A stretch of DNA of 47,972 nt, counting the filler, from an uncultured bacterium (GTDB lineage: Bacteria; CAYSBA01): the NCBI GenBank assembly GCA_964429075.1. It is 18 parts of 18 records of this genome, joined end to end, with 100 filler letters (N's around TTAATTAATTAA, not from the genome) between each part and the next. Parts side by side here need not be neighbours in the genome. Positions count along the whole stretch, not along the records: positions 1 to 2,636 come from CAYSBA010000265.1; positions 2,737 to 5,364 come from CAYSBA010000266.1; positions 5,465 to 8,092 come from CAYSBA010000267.1; positions 8,193 to 10,811 come from CAYSBA010000268.1; 14 more parts are not named here. One strand, written 5' to 3'. The position numbers and the translations under genes were made by a program. Numbering within the stretch: position 1 is the first letter of the stretch; each line of letters opens with the position of its first letter. The notes under the pieces were generated by a model that did not search any database, had not been told where the DNA came from, and saw only the letters and a list, made by a program, of their open reading frames with translations. Shown in pieces: positions 1-10,911 of this stretch.

Positions 1-2
1 TT

Positions 3-614
3 GGAAACCCTGTATATGAACAGGTAAAAGATTACATACCACAGATATCCGAAAAAGATTATGTTGCAGTCCTGCCGGGTAGCAGAAAAGAAGAGCTAAA
101 AAGGCACCTCCCCATTCTGAAAGAGCTATTTTTATCTTCTAAGAATATCAATTTCATGGTCCCTCTGATTAATCAACTACATAAAACTATTTTTCACGAG
201 ATTACAGGTTATTTTGAAAATGTTACTCTGACCTGTGGGAATAGTATTGAAATTATGGCAAAAGCAAGGGCTGTTATGTGTGCTTCTGGTACAGCTTCAT
301 TAGAATCTGCCCTTCTTCAAAAGCCAACATGTGTCTTTTACAGGGTTTCAAAATTAAACGCCCTGATCATAAAACACATACTAAAGGTAGACTATGTTGC
401 ACTTCCAAATCTTATCTACAACGACGAACTCTTTCCGGAGCTCCTTCAGGATAATATGAACACAAATTCTCTAAAAAGGATTCTGTATAGTCTTATAAAT
501 GACAAAGATTTAATTGTAAGGATGAAAACTGGCTGTAGGAAGGTTGCTGAAAAAATTGGGGACAAGATACCATCATATGAGGTAGCAATAGATCTCTTAA
601 ATCAGCTTGAATGA
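3..614 (+). CDS. lpxB: Lipid-A-disaccharide synthase, 5'-truncated
   Basis: Frame is open from position 3 (GNPVYEQ...VAVLPGSRKEE) and has LPGSR, ASGTASLE and LPNLI motifs typical of LpxB. Confidence 0.93.
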   Translation, partial: GNPVYEQVKDYIPQISEKDYVAVLPGSRKEELKRHLPILKELFLSSKNINFMVPLINQLHKTIFHEITGYFENVTLTCGNSIEIMAKARAVMCASGTASLESALLQKPTCVFYRVSKLNALIIKHILKVDYVALPNLIYNDELFPELLQDNMNTNSLKRILYSLINDKDLIVRMKTGCRKVAEKIGDKIPSYEVAIDLLNQLE

Positions 615-1387
615 TTAGGATTGGGACAAGCGGTTATTCTTTCTCTGACTGGGTCGGAACTGTCTATCCGGCCGAGATATCATCAAGACAATATCTTGAA
701 TATTACAACAATATCCTCGGATTCTGTACTGTCGAGATAAATTTCAGTTTTTACATGATGCCCTCTACTGGCACCTTTTTATCTATGTCTAAGAGGGTAA
801 AAGATGACTTTATCTTTTTTGTAAAGGCCTATCGTGGTTTTACCCATGAGATTAACATAGATTCGATGGATATAATGACAAGAGAATTTCAGAATGCACT
901 CAATCCACTAATAGAGAGGGATTCTCTCGGTGGAATCCTGTTTCAATTCCCCTACTCTTTCTGGAATAATCTTAAAAACAGAAGATACCTTTTGGAACTC
1001 AAACATTATTTTAGTAATATACCGATATTTGTAGAATTCAGAAACAGCAGCTGGAATGAACCGGCGATCTTTGATTTTTTAAAGATCAACGAAATTGGTG
1101 TATGTATTGTAGATGCTCCAGCTTTAAAAGGACTTTTTCCTCTTGTCTACAGGGTGACAAACAATATAGCATATTTTAGATTCCACGGAAGAAACAAACA
1201 CTGGTTCAGATCATCCATGGCAGAACGTTACAATTATGATTATAGTGAAGATGAACTTAAAGAACTTGCTGAACTCATAAAAAAGGCCAACAGTGAAAGT
1301 GATGGTGTCTTTGTCTTTTTTAACAACTGTCATGCAGGCCAGGCTGTAAAAAATGCGCTTGAAATGATGAAATTACTCGGGCTTTAG
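611..1387 (+). CDS. DUF72 (YecE-like) family protein
   Basis: IRIGTSGYS N-terminus, TVEINFSFY, LFQFP, EFRN, YFRFHGRN and FFNN motifs. ATGA overlap with lpxB. Confidence 0.9.
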   Translation: MIRIGTSGYSFSDWVGTVYPAEISSRQYLEYYNNILGFCTVEINFSFYMMPSTGTFLSMSKRVKDDFIFFVKAYRGFTHEINIDSMDIMTREFQNALNPLIERDSLGGILFQFPYSFWNNLKNRRYLLELKHYFSNIPIFVEFRNSSWNEPAIFDFLKINEIGVCIVDAPALKGLFPLVYRVTNNIAYFRFHGRNKHWFRSSMAERYNYDYSEDELKELAELIKKANSESDGVFVFFNNCHAGQAVKNALEMMKLLGL

Positions 1388-1392
1388 GATTT

Positions 1393-2217
1393 TTATTCTC
1401 CAATAGGCTCAAGCACCGGTCTTTTATTATCAAAACTTACGAAGGCAGCTTTTATCTTTGGATCGTGCTCAAAGATAATCTTCCAGCCTTTATCAGATGC
1501 CTGCTTGATCAAGGCTTTTTTCTCTTCTAAGGTCTTTAAAGGCTCAAGGTCATAACCCATTATATAGGGTAATCTAATATGAAATGACATCGGGATTGTA
1601 TCCCCGGGGAAAAGATAGGTGGAATCTTCAGATTCAACAATTACTATTTGATGTGCCGGTGTATGTCCATCGGTTACCTCAATCCTGATCTTATCATACA
1701 ACGAATATGAACCATCATGGAGTATAAGTCTGTTTGTTTTTTCTATTGGGTCAAAGTCGTCTGAGATGAAACTTGCTCTATCTCTCAAAGAGGGTGCATG
1801 TGCCCACTGCCAGTGCCTTTTTTGTATATGGAAGCTTGCATGTGTAAATCGTGGTAAAATTTCCTGATCTTTCTTGACCACTGTCCCCCCTGCATGATCA
1901 AAATGAAGATGAGTAAAGATAACATCTGTTACATCTTCAGGTTGATAACCCAGTTTTTTTAACCCACCTTCAATGCCACCGTCAACGGCCTCTATCTTAT
2001 ATATATCTATAAACTTTTTGTCCCTATCTGACCCGATACCGGTATCTACAAGCACCAGCTTATCTTCGATCTCTATCAGGAGCTGACGGGTTACCATAGG
2101 GATGCGATTTTTGTCATCTGATGTGGTATCCTTTGACCACAGTGGCTTTGGAACAACACCAAACATTGCCCCACCATCAAGCGCAAACTTATATGATACA
2201 AAACTCATTAGCTTCAT
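1393..2217 (-). CDS. MBL-fold metallo-hydrolase (YtnP-like)
   Basis: LDGGAMFGVVPK N-terminus, THLHFDH metal motif, GHT, and a C-terminal EHD. Confidence 0.9.
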   Translation of the reverse strand: MKLMSFVSYKFALDGGAMFGVVPKPLWSKDTTSDDKNRIPMVTRQLLIEIEDKLVLVDTGIGSDRDKKFIDIYKIEAVDGGIEGGLKKLGYQPEDVTDVIFTHLHFDHAGGTVVKKDQEILPRFTHASFHIQKRHWQWAHAPSLRDRASFISDDFDPIEKTNRLILHDGSYSLYDKIRIEVTDGHTPAHQIVIVESEDSTYLFPGDTIPMSFHIRLPYIMGYDLEPLKTLEEKKALIKQASDKGWKIIFEHDPKIKAAFVSFDNKRPVLEPIGE

Positions 2218-2218
2218 C

Positions 2219-2635
2219 TTATTGTTCTCCTTGTTTATTTAATAATTTTTGAGTCTCTCTTTTGTACTCATTAACTCTTTCTCTGTCCACAGGCATGCAG
2301 ACAAGTACATATGTAAAACCTTTTCTCCTATCTGGCCCAATACCATCTTTATCATACCATGTAGATACAACCTGTGAATTCTTTATAACAACTTCTGTAG
2401 CCCATGAAGATACCTCCTGCACAGATGCAGTATCAGTCCAGCCACCATTGGTAGATTCAGACTCAACATGCAGGGCAACTACTTTTGTTAAAAGTGTATA
2501 GGATAACTCTCGCCTGCCAGTCTCTATTGCATATTTGACACCATCTTCTCTGAAAAAAGTGGGGCCAGCATAACCAACAGCACATATCTTATCTTTAAAA
2601 TCAGGAAGTCTTATAACCCATGATGGTATATTATT
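2219..2635 (-). CDS. LPP20-like lipoprotein / hypothetical protein, 5'-truncated
   Basis: Frame is open from the contig edge (IPSWV...ICAVGYAG...VVSTWYD...YVLVCM). The PxWV/AVG pattern resembles LPP20 domains. Confidence 0.5.
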   Translation of the reverse strand, partial: NNIPSWVIRLPDFKDKICAVGYAGPTFFREDGVKYAIETGRRELSYTLLTKVVALHVESESTNGGWTDTASVQEVSSWATEVVIKNSQVVSTWYDKDGIGPDRRKGFTYVLVCMPVDRERVNEYKRETQKLLNKQGEQ

Positions 2636-2636
2636 C

Positions 2637-2736
2637 NNNNNNNNNNNNNNNNNNNNNNNNNNNNNNNNNNNNNNNNNNNNTTAATTAATTAANNNNNNNN
2701 NNNNNNNNNNNNNNNNNNNNNNNNNNNNNNNNNNNN
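2637..2736. other. Artificial contig spacer N44-TTAATTAATTAA-N44 (first of 17)
   Basis: Identical 100-bp spacers with six-frame stops also start at 5365, 8093, 10812, 13522, 16204, 18877, 21540, 24201, 26861, 29520, 32179, 34836, 37475, 40113, 42747 and 45361. Confidence 0.99.
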
Positions 2737-2738
2737 AT

Positions 2739-2864
2739 GTCTCCTATAAAACTGAATGTGGTGGTGGGAAGGTGAGTGTTGATGCACTATTTTTTATCTG
2801 TACTGAGACAACATGCAACCGCATAAAAGAGAAAAAAGAACTCAAGATAGATCCAGGATGTTGA
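2739..2864 (+). CDS. C-terminal fragment of a hypothetical protein (possibly DsbD N-domain-like)
   Basis: Manual translation VSYKTECGGGKVSVDALFFICTETTCNRIKEKKELKIDPGC*. Its TGA overlaps the alaS ATG at 2864, and it has a Cx4C motif. Confidence 0.4.
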   Translation, partial: VSYKTECGGGKVSVDALFFICTETTCNRIKEKKELKIDPGC

Positions 2865-5364
2865 TGGAATGGAACTCTGACAGAGTAAGAAGGACATTTT
2901 TACACTATTTTGTAAAGAATAATCATAAAGAGGTAAAAAGTTGTCCCCTTGTACCAGCTAACGATCCTACCCTTCTTTTTACAAATGCTGGGATGGTACA
3001 GTTTAAAGATTATTTTACAGGTAAGGCAGTACCTCCATTCAGACGTGCGACTTCTTCCCAAAAGTGTGTGAGAGCAGGAGGGAAGCACAACGACCTTGAA
3101 AATGTAGGTCGTACTGCAAGACATCATACCTTTTTTGAGATGTTGGGTAATTTCTCTTTTGGTGACTATTTCAAAAAAGAGGCAATTCGGTTTGCCTGGG
3201 AGTTGGTGACAGAGTACTACAGACTACCTGTAGAAAGACTGTGGATAACAATATATGAAAAAGACGAAGAGGCAAAAGATATTTGGAAAGAGGTATCGGG
3301 ATTACCAGATGAGCGGATAGTCAAATGTGGTGCAAAGGATAACTTCTGGGAGATGGGTGATACAGGCCCATGTGGCCCCTGTTCGGAAATACATTTTGAT
3401 CTGGGGGAGCATAAGGGTTGCAGGAGAAAAGGGTGTTCAGTAGTGTGTGAATGTGACAGGTTTCAGGAGATATGGAATCTTGTCTTTATGCAATATGAAA
3501 AAAAAGAAGATGGTACAATTGTAGATCTTCCTTCACCATCCATAGATACAGGTCTCGGGCTTGAGAGATTATGCGCCATATTACAAGGTGTTGACTCAAA
3601 CTATGATACCGATCTTTTTTTACCAATTATCAAAAGTATATGTGAGCTGTGGGGAGTTGAATACAAAAAGGATGATGCAAAAGATGTCTCGATAAGGGTA
3701 ATTGCAGACCACATAAGGGCAGTTACCTTTCTTGTGGCAGATGGTGTAATGCCTTCAAACGAAGGCAGGGGTTATGTGTTGAGACGAATATTAAGGAGGG
3801 CAATAAGGCATTCAAAGATGCTTGGAGCAAGTAGTCCAATTATCTATAATTTATGTCACACTGTGATTTATCTTATGGGTCATGTATACCCTGAGATAGT
3901 TGAGAATAGAGATGTCATTGCAGCAGTAACAAGGGAGGAAGAAGAGAGGTTCTTGGAGACCCTTGGTAGGGGACTGGTTTATTTCAGAAGGTGCGTAAAG
4001 GAAATAAAAGAGAAAAATGAAAGCACAATAAGCGGACGAGATACGTTCACACTCTACGATACCTATGGATTCCCCCTTGATCTCACACTTCTTATGGCAG
4101 AGGAGCATGGGTTATCTGTTGACGTTGAGGGATTCGAAAGTTTCATGCAACAGCAGCGCAACAGGAGTAAATGGAGTGACAAAGGTGGGACAACGACAGA
4201 TGTCACGCTTGCTAACCTTTACAACGAGATTGGTGATACCGTCTTTGTAGGATATGAAAGGCTACAGGATGAATCTGAAGTTGTTGCAATAGTTGTAGAT
4301 GGTAAGATTGTAGATAGTATTTCAGAAGGAGAAAAAGGCCTTTTGATTACAAAAAAGACCCCTTTTTATGCAGAATCAGGAGGTCAGGTTGGTGATACAG
4401 GTACTGTTATGGATGGGGATGACAGACTTATTGCAAAGGTAGAAAATACCACCTATGGTTATCAGAAGATGATTGTGCATCACATTAATGTCAAAAATGG
4501 AGAGATAAAAAAAGGAGAAAGAGTCAATCTGGTGGTGGACAAAGAAAGACGGCTATCGATAATGAGAAATCACAGTGCTACCCATCTTTTGCATTACGCA
4601 TTACGAAAGGTCCTTGGTACCCATGTCAAACAGGCAGGTTCTTTAGTTGCACCTGATAGATTGAGGTTTGATTTTACACACTTTCGCCAGCTAACCGATC
4701 AGGAGATAAAAGAGGTAGAGGATACTGTTAATTCGATGATACTTTCTTCGATCGAAGGTAAGACAGAGGTGTTACCAATTGAGGAGGCCCGTAAAAAGGG
4801 CGCTATGTCGCTATTTGGAGAAAAATATGGTGATGTTGTAAGGGTAGTTGAATTTGGGGAGTCAAAGGAGTTCTGTGGCGGCACACATCTTGAAAATACA
4901 TCAAAGATAGGTCTTTTTAAGATTGTTTCAGAGTCTTCTGTTGGAAGCGGACTGAGGAGGATTGAGGCAATAACAGCAGATGCCATTGTTGACTATATAA
5001 GAGACATTGAATCGAGATTAAAAGAGGTTGCTTTTGAATTAAAATCAGATATTAAATCGATTACAACACGTATAAGGAAACTCAGAGAGGAAAATAGAAA
5101 GCTCATTGATCAAATTCAGAAATTGAAGTTTGGATCTGGATCAACAACAGGCTGGGAAATTGAGAAGGTTGGAGAATTTAGTTTTATAGTAGATTTAGTG
5201 GATACAAAGGACATGAATGAACTCAGGATGGCATCAGATTCAGCAAGAACCAGGATCAAAAGTGGTATTACAATCCTTTTTAACAATTCAAAAAAGAGGG
5301 CTGGAGTGGTTGTTGCAGCGACAAAGGATTTAGAAAACAAAATCGATTGTACTGCAATTTTGAA
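2864..5364 (+). CDS. alaS: Alanine--tRNA ligase, 3'-truncated
   Basis: DPTLLFTNAGM, RHHTFFEMLGNFSFGDYFK, and editing motifs HSATHLLH and CGGTH. Likely start is the ATG at 2864 (TGATG coupling). Confidence 0.98.
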
Positions 5365-5464
5365 NNNNNNNNNNNNNNNNNNNNNNNNNNNNNNNNNNNN
5401 NNNNNNNNTTAATTAATTAANNNNNNNNNNNNNNNNNNNNNNNNNNNNNNNNNNNNNNNNNNNN

Positions 5465-5965
5465 GCTATAATTACTGTATGTATCTTTCTTATATGGGAT
5501 CAAAGGGAGAATTTTATTTATTACTTTCAGACAGGTCCTGTTGATCTTGGTGATGTAACCGGAATCTCTGAATCCAAACTTTATAACGGTGCATATGTAA
5601 AGCTTCAAGGTATCCCATCTATCAGGCAGATCGCAATTACAATCCTTTTCAAAGATTATAGATGTTACAGGTTGCAGGGATCTCCAATCATTGTACTTGA
5701 GCCCATTAAAGGTAAGGGTACTATAAGGCTTTCGACATTCAAAGGAGAGGGGAGACTGACAAGATTTAATAATACAAGGATGTTAAGGATAATATCAAGG
5801 TACTTTAAACAGAGATTTAAGATTGATATAAAGGGTTTTAATCCCTATTTGTTTGAAGCTGGCGAAACACCTGCAACCCATCTGAAATATCTTGTCTTAT
5901 ACATAATACTATTTGTTATAATTGGTGTTAATATCTTTTCTATCCTAAGGAGGCTTATTTCCTGA
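5465..5965 (+). CDS. Hypothetical membrane protein, 5'-truncated
   Basis: Frame is open from the contig edge (AIITVCIFLIW...YYFQTGPVDLG...YVKLQGIP), with hydrophobic segments at both ends. Confidence 0.65.
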   Translation, partial: AIITVCIFLIWDQRENFIYYFQTGPVDLGDVTGISESKLYNGAYVKLQGIPSIRQIAITILFKDYRCYRLQGSPIIVLEPIKGKGTIRLSTFKGEGRLTRFNNTRMLRIISRYFKQRFKIDIKGFNPYLFEAGETPATHLKYLVLYIILFVIIGVNIFSILRRLIS

Positions 5966-6006
5966 ACAAGTATATCCATTGTTGCGAAAAAATATGTATT
6001 CTGTTA

Positions 6007-7446
6007 ATGCCATTCCCTATGGATAATTACCTACACAATATCGATTGCTGGCCCGGTAATCTCATCAGATTGAAGGAAGGCGCAATTTCTTCTATATCCA
6101 CAAGATATGTTGATGTTGTGTATCCGGAGGGCATTGATGATATAATCGATATCATAAAGATGTGCAGAGAAAATGGGCTTGCGATTGTCCCCTATGGTGG
6201 CGGTTCGGGGGTTATAGATGGACTATCCGGTAAAACAAGGTCAATAGTCTTGGATTTAAAATGCATGAACAGGATAGTTTTAGATGAGGGTACAAGGGTA
6301 GTATATGCAGGTGCGGGTGTAATTGGTTCTCATTTAGATCGTTTTCTGGCTCAGAGAGGATTTACCCTTGGTCACTATCCCTCATCAATAATGTGCTCTA
6401 CTGTAGGTGGATGGTTAGCAACAAGAGGGGCCGGTCAACTGTCGAGCTACTACGGTAAGATTGAAGATATGGTTGAGATGATTGAATTTGTTGATGGCAC
6501 CGGAAAAATTCATCAGCTTACACCAACTGACGATCTGTTTTATGCTGTGATTGGTTCCGAAGGTGGGCTGGGGGTAATTACAAAGGCTGCATTTAAGATT
6601 AAAAAAAAGGCAAATTATTTTAAGATAGCAGGATTTACCTTTAACAGTATTGAGAGTGCAATCAATGCTATGCAGTCTATAATGCAGTCTGGTTTGAGAC
6701 CTTCAGTTTTAAGATTGTACGATGAGCTCGATACTCTGATTGCACTGGGTGGTAGTGATGATAGCTTTGCTGGTAAAAAGGAAACCAAGATCAAGGAGAT
6801 CCTTGAAAGACAGGCACTAAGGATTATCTTAAATAAACCAAAAATTATTTCAAATATATTTGATTCATTTTTAAAAAGATGTCTGATGATAATTGGCTTT
6901 GAAGGACACAATGAAAAGTCAACAGAAGAGAGATTTAACCTTGCAAAGAGATTGTTGAAAAGGGAAAATGGTCACTATGAGGGGACAGACCCAGGTAGTA
7001 GATGGTTAAAAAAACGATACAGCGTCTCATTTAAACAGACCAAAATCTATAAGGCTGGTGGCTTTGTGGATACTATGGAGGTAGCCATTTCATGGGATAA
7101 ACTTTATGATCTTTACAAAAAAGTAAAGGAAGAACTCTCGGATTTATGTCTTGTTATGGCACATTTTTCCCATGCCTATATTGATGGATGTTCAATCTAT
7201 TTTACCTTTTCTGCCGCCTTTAGAGAAGAGCAGACCTTAAAGTTCTATCGTACCATCTGGGATAGAGCAATGAAAGTGGTGATTGAGCTCGGCGGAACAA
7301 TCAGTCATCATCATGGGATAGGTGCTCATAAACGGGCATATATTGCAAAAGAACAGGGAGAACTGTCCAGTCTTTATAGACGACTAAAGTTAAGATTTGA
7401 TCCAGACAGGATTTTTAATCCAGCAAGGTTGCTTTTTGAGCCGTGA
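6007..7446 (+). CDS. FAD-binding oxidoreductase, alkyl-dihydroxyacetonephosphate synthase (AGPS)-like
   Basis: VPYGGGSG, GHYPSS..STVGGWLATR.AG, YGKIEDMV, GSEG.LGVIT, SHAY..G.SIYFTF and ISHHHGIG motifs. Confidence 0.85.
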   Translation: MPFPMDNYLHNIDCWPGNLIRLKEGAISSISTRYVDVVYPEGIDDIIDIIKMCRENGLAIVPYGGGSGVIDGLSGKTRSIVLDLKCMNRIVLDEGTRVVYAGAGVIGSHLDRFLAQRGFTLGHYPSSIMCSTVGGWLATRGAGQLSSYYGKIEDMVEMIEFVDGTGKIHQLTPTDDLFYAVIGSEGGLGVITKAAFKIKKKANYFKIAGFTFNSIESAINAMQSIMQSGLRPSVLRLYDELDTLIALGGSDDSFAGKKETKIKEILERQALRIILNKPKIISNIFDSFLKRCLMIIGFEGHNEKSTEERFNLAKRLLKRENGHYEGTDPGSRWLKKRYSVSFKQTKIYKAGGFVDTMEVAISWDKLYDLYKKVKEELSDLCLVMAHFSHAYIDGCSIYFTFSAAFREEQTLKFYRTIWDRAMKVVIELGGTISHHHGIGAHKRAYIAKEQGELSSLYRRLKLRFDPDRIFNPARLLFEP

Positions 7447-8092
7447 GAAGAAGAATATATCAGATATTGGCTGCTATCGTTCTTATCTTTGTTGGATGTT
7501 CAACTATAGGTGTAAGACAGTTTTTAAAACAGAAAACAAGACGAGTTGCGACTGTTGTAATAGGCTATTACGGTGATAGCTTTCGTGGCAAAATTAATAG
7601 TGAGTCGAAATACTGGTCAATTTTAAAGGGGTCTACTTATTCAGAAAAATTGGATTTTTTAAAGAACCTGCTTCCGATGGCATACACGACAGAAGAGATC
7701 ACAACTATGTTAAGGCTGGAAATTATAGGATGGCTCAGAGATAATGCAATCGCAGTGCCAATAAATGATACATCAATAACTACAGCAATACAGCTTTACA
7801 CTGTTGGTGGATTTTCTCAAAGCGATATTCTTGAAAAATTAAAAGGTTTATCTCCTGATGCTGTTCTATTTGCTAATGTTGAGAAATATTATATTGATTC
7901 CTCTTCTGGTAATGACATACGTCTCTTATTATGCTCTCGGTTCTCGTTTATAGACTACAAAAAGAACAGGGCCTTATTTAAAAAGGAATTCTGTGCTGGT
8001 GATAAAAGGGGAATTAAATTAGCCCCTTCAGAGCTTAATCATCAATCCATAAAAAAGATCGTAAATTCGTCAATAAGTGGACTCATAGATAG
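7443..8092 (+). CDS. Putative lipoprotein, 3'-truncated
   Basis: Basic N-terminus, hydrophobic stretch and lipobox-like FVGC. GTGA overlap with the upstream gene. Confidence 0.65.
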
Positions 8093-8192
8093 NNNNNNNN
8101 NNNNNNNNNNNNNNNNNNNNNNNNNNNNNNNNNNNNTTAATTAATTAANNNNNNNNNNNNNNNNNNNNNNNNNNNNNNNNNNNNNNNNNNNN

Positions 8193-9480
8193 CCTCTACT
8201 CTGTTTATATCATCTTTTGTATCTCGTGTACACTGGAGTATGAATTTATCATCCTTTGGTGTTCTGTCATCCTTCTGTAACAATATCTTAAGGAGTTTTT
8301 TATCATCTTTGATGTATTTCTTATAAATTACTTCCAGTTCGTCAATGCAATCCTTCTTAATCTCTGGATCATCTGTTTCATCCAAAATCTTAAGTAGTAA
8401 TTTTTCTACTGCATCGTATTGATTGAGCAGATAGTAAAGGTTCTTAAGTTTTTCCATAACATCAAGATCGTATGGATCAATCTCTAACGCCTTTTTTAAG
8501 ATTTCGATTGCCTTTTGTGGATCTTTAAGTTTTTCTTTATAAAAGGTCGATGCCTCTTCAAGCAACTCTATCTTCTCTTCATCTGAATCTGCGATATCTG
8601 CAAGTTTCTCCAACAGGGTGACTATGGTATTATAGTCTTCCTTTGATTTGGCAATCCTATATAATCCTCTCAAAGCAAGCTTATTCTTTGCATCTATCTC
8701 AAGAATCCTTTTATATGCCTGTTCTGCCTTTTTTAAATCTTTAAGGCGCTTTTCATATACCTCTGCACATCTCCAAATAAGATCGGTCTTTGCCTCTTTA
8801 TCTTCTTCAATTGCTATAAGTTTTTCAAGTACTTCTATCACCTTTTCCCATTCACCCTGCAACCTGTAAAGGTTGTCCAGTTCATAAAGGATTTCTGTTT
8901 CATCCTGTGTGATTTCGAGTAATTTTTTGTAGATTTCCTCTATCTTACGGGTATCTTTTAGCCTTGGTCTTAAAAATTTTGCTACCTTTTTGTAATATTC
9001 GATTTGACTTTCACCATCCAGATATTCAGCCATCTTAAAGAGTATCTCTTCTGACTCATTAAGCAACCCAGAAAACTCGAGCGCATCGATCAAATTTTCA
9101 AACCTGCCATCGTAGCACCCATTTTTAATAAGATCCCAAGAAATTACACCAACATAGACATTTTTGTCACCGAATCTGTTTTTTACTCTGGATATCAGTT
9201 CATTTTTATCCGATTCATTTAAATCTTTTAATATATTTTCAATGTCTTCTAATGATGACAGAATATCCTGTTCTTCTGTAACCTTTTTTAGAGAGTAGTA
9301 TAACTTATCGATATGATCTTCACATATATCTTCAAGCCTTACACCATGCTGTATCTCTGCCGATTCTACATCAATCTCTTCATCAACAGCGACAGATGTA
9401 TCAATGGCCTCTACGATAGCAGATTCAGATCCTTTATAGATTGTACCCCACGCAATTGTTCTAAAAATTCTGAAATCGAT
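8193..9480 (-). CDS. Large tetratricopeptide-repeat protein, downstream frame (3'-truncated)
   Basis: Tandem TPR-like helices (AEQAYKRILEIDAKN, AIEILKKALEIDPYD). The frame has no stop from 9480 to the contig end, and the first TTG is only at 9093. Confidence 0.75.
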
Positions 9481-10811
9481 CTAATAGCATCCTCATTATC
9501 AAGTTCAATCAATTTCTCTTCTGCAATCTCTATCAGATCATCAACCTCTACACCCTTTTTTGCTAGATCTATAAGCTCAGAGTGCAATTCTCTATCATCA
9601 GGTCTGGTTAAAAATCTCCACTTAAGGATCTCAAATAATTTTGATTTATTTTCCAATCTCTTATATAGCTTTGTTAAGAGCTCTGCTGATGCATAGGATC
9701 TTTTTTCGTCCTCAAAATCACGCCAGCTTGCTACAAGAACATCTTCGAGTTCTTTAAATTTCTCAGAGTCGATTAACTTAGATATAAAATCATCTTTATA
9801 TAAATCATCTATGTTTACCTGCGTGAAGAGTCTTACAAGTCTATCCAGCACATCTTTAAAATCTTTATTCTGATTAAAAATCTCAAAGTATATCTTAAAG
9901 GCAGAATCTTTATCCCCCAGCTGCTGTTGATAGATCTGAGCGATTTCATATTTTGTACTTAAGATAAAATCTATATCATCCACCCTTTGAGCTATCATCC
10001 TTGTAAGATACATAATTACCTGATCCCACCTGCCCTTCTGTTTGTTTATTTCTGCAAGCAGGGAAAGTGCATCAATATCTTCTGTCTGTTCTACGATTGA
10101 TAAGAGTCGTTTCTCTGCACCATCCAGATCTGACTTCTCTATCTGCATCTGTGCAATCCTGCACTGGATGGATCTTTTTATTTCTGGAGTTTTTGCTTTT
10201 TTTAACGCCTCCTCAAATATATTTAGTAAATCATCAGACCTTCCTTCTTTTTTGAGATGGTCAATTAGTTTATCGACATCCATTGAGGAAGGATCTTCTA
10301 TAAAGGCTGAAACCATGTCTTTTTCTGGCTGTTCTGATTGGTGTTCAGCTAAATCTTTTTCTGTGAGATAGACAATAAGATTTTCAGGGACCAGTCTTTT
10401 TAACAGATCTATTTGAACCTTTCTTTCATCATCAATATATCTTTCATCAAGGAATCTGTTCAATTTTTTTAGCACATCTAAATTGGTGGGCTCATAGGTT
10501 GCCCATTCATAGTAAAACCCAAAATCGCTATCTTCTACGTATGATTGAAGTCTGTTGAATAAGATATGTCTTGTTGTAAAATCATCAAAGAAGTGTAATG
10601 CACCACGATATAGCGCCTTTTTGTCTTTCATTGTATCTTCGAGTATCTGTAATGATGGTCTGTATTGAAAATCTTCATCTCCCATTAAATAATTTACATC
10701 GTCCTTTTCGTATATAAAGAGTCTGCATAAGATTCTGCCAGCCATGTCTGAATAATCTTTTAAAGAATTTAAGATAAATCTCGATGAGATTTCCAATTCG
10801 TTATCTGAGAG
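9411..10811 (-). CDS. Large tetratricopeptide-repeat protein, upstream frame (5'-truncated)
   Basis: TPR-like helices (IAQIYQQQLGDKDSAFKIY). Open from the contig edge to the TAG at 9411; probably the same gene as the downstream frame. Confidence 0.75.
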   Translation of the reverse strand, partial: LSDNELEISSRFILNSLKDYSDMAGRILCRLFIYEKDDVNYLMGDEDFQYRPSLQILEDTMKDKKALYRGALHFFDDFTTRHILFNRLQSYVEDSDFGFYYEWATYEPTNLDVLKKLNRFLDERYIDDERKVQIDLLKRLVPENLIVYLTEKDLAEHQSEQPEKDMVSAFIEDPSSMDVDKLIDHLKKEGRSDDLLNIFEEALKKAKTPEIKRSIQCRIAQMQIEKSDLDGAEKRLLSIVEQTEDIDALSLLAEINKQKGRWDQVIMYLTRMIAQRVDDIDFILSTKYEIAQIYQQQLGDKDSAFKIYFEIFNQNKDFKDVLDRLVRLFTQVNIDDLYKDDFISKLIDSEKFKELEDVLVASWRDFEDEKRSYASAELLTKLYKRLENKSKLFEILKWRFLTRPDDRELHSELIDLAKKGVEVDDLIEIAEEKLIELDNEDAIRSISEFLEQLRGVQSIKDLNLLS

Positions 10812-10911
10812 NNNNNNNNNNNNNNNNNNNNNNNNNNNNNNNNNNNNNNNNNNNNTTAATTAATTAANNNNNNNNNNNNNNNNNNNNNNNNNNNNNNNNN
10901 NNNNNNNNNNN

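Noticed and set aside
2813..2863. N-terminal extension of AlaS
   Set aside because: It overlaps the end of an upstream ORF. The TGATG coupling points to a start at 2864.
9366..9413. Amber readthrough (pyrrolysine or recoding) of the TAG at 9411
   Set aside because: The same frame hits another TAG at 9366-9368. The continuation is in the -1 frame, and TAG is a normal stop elsewhere in the window.
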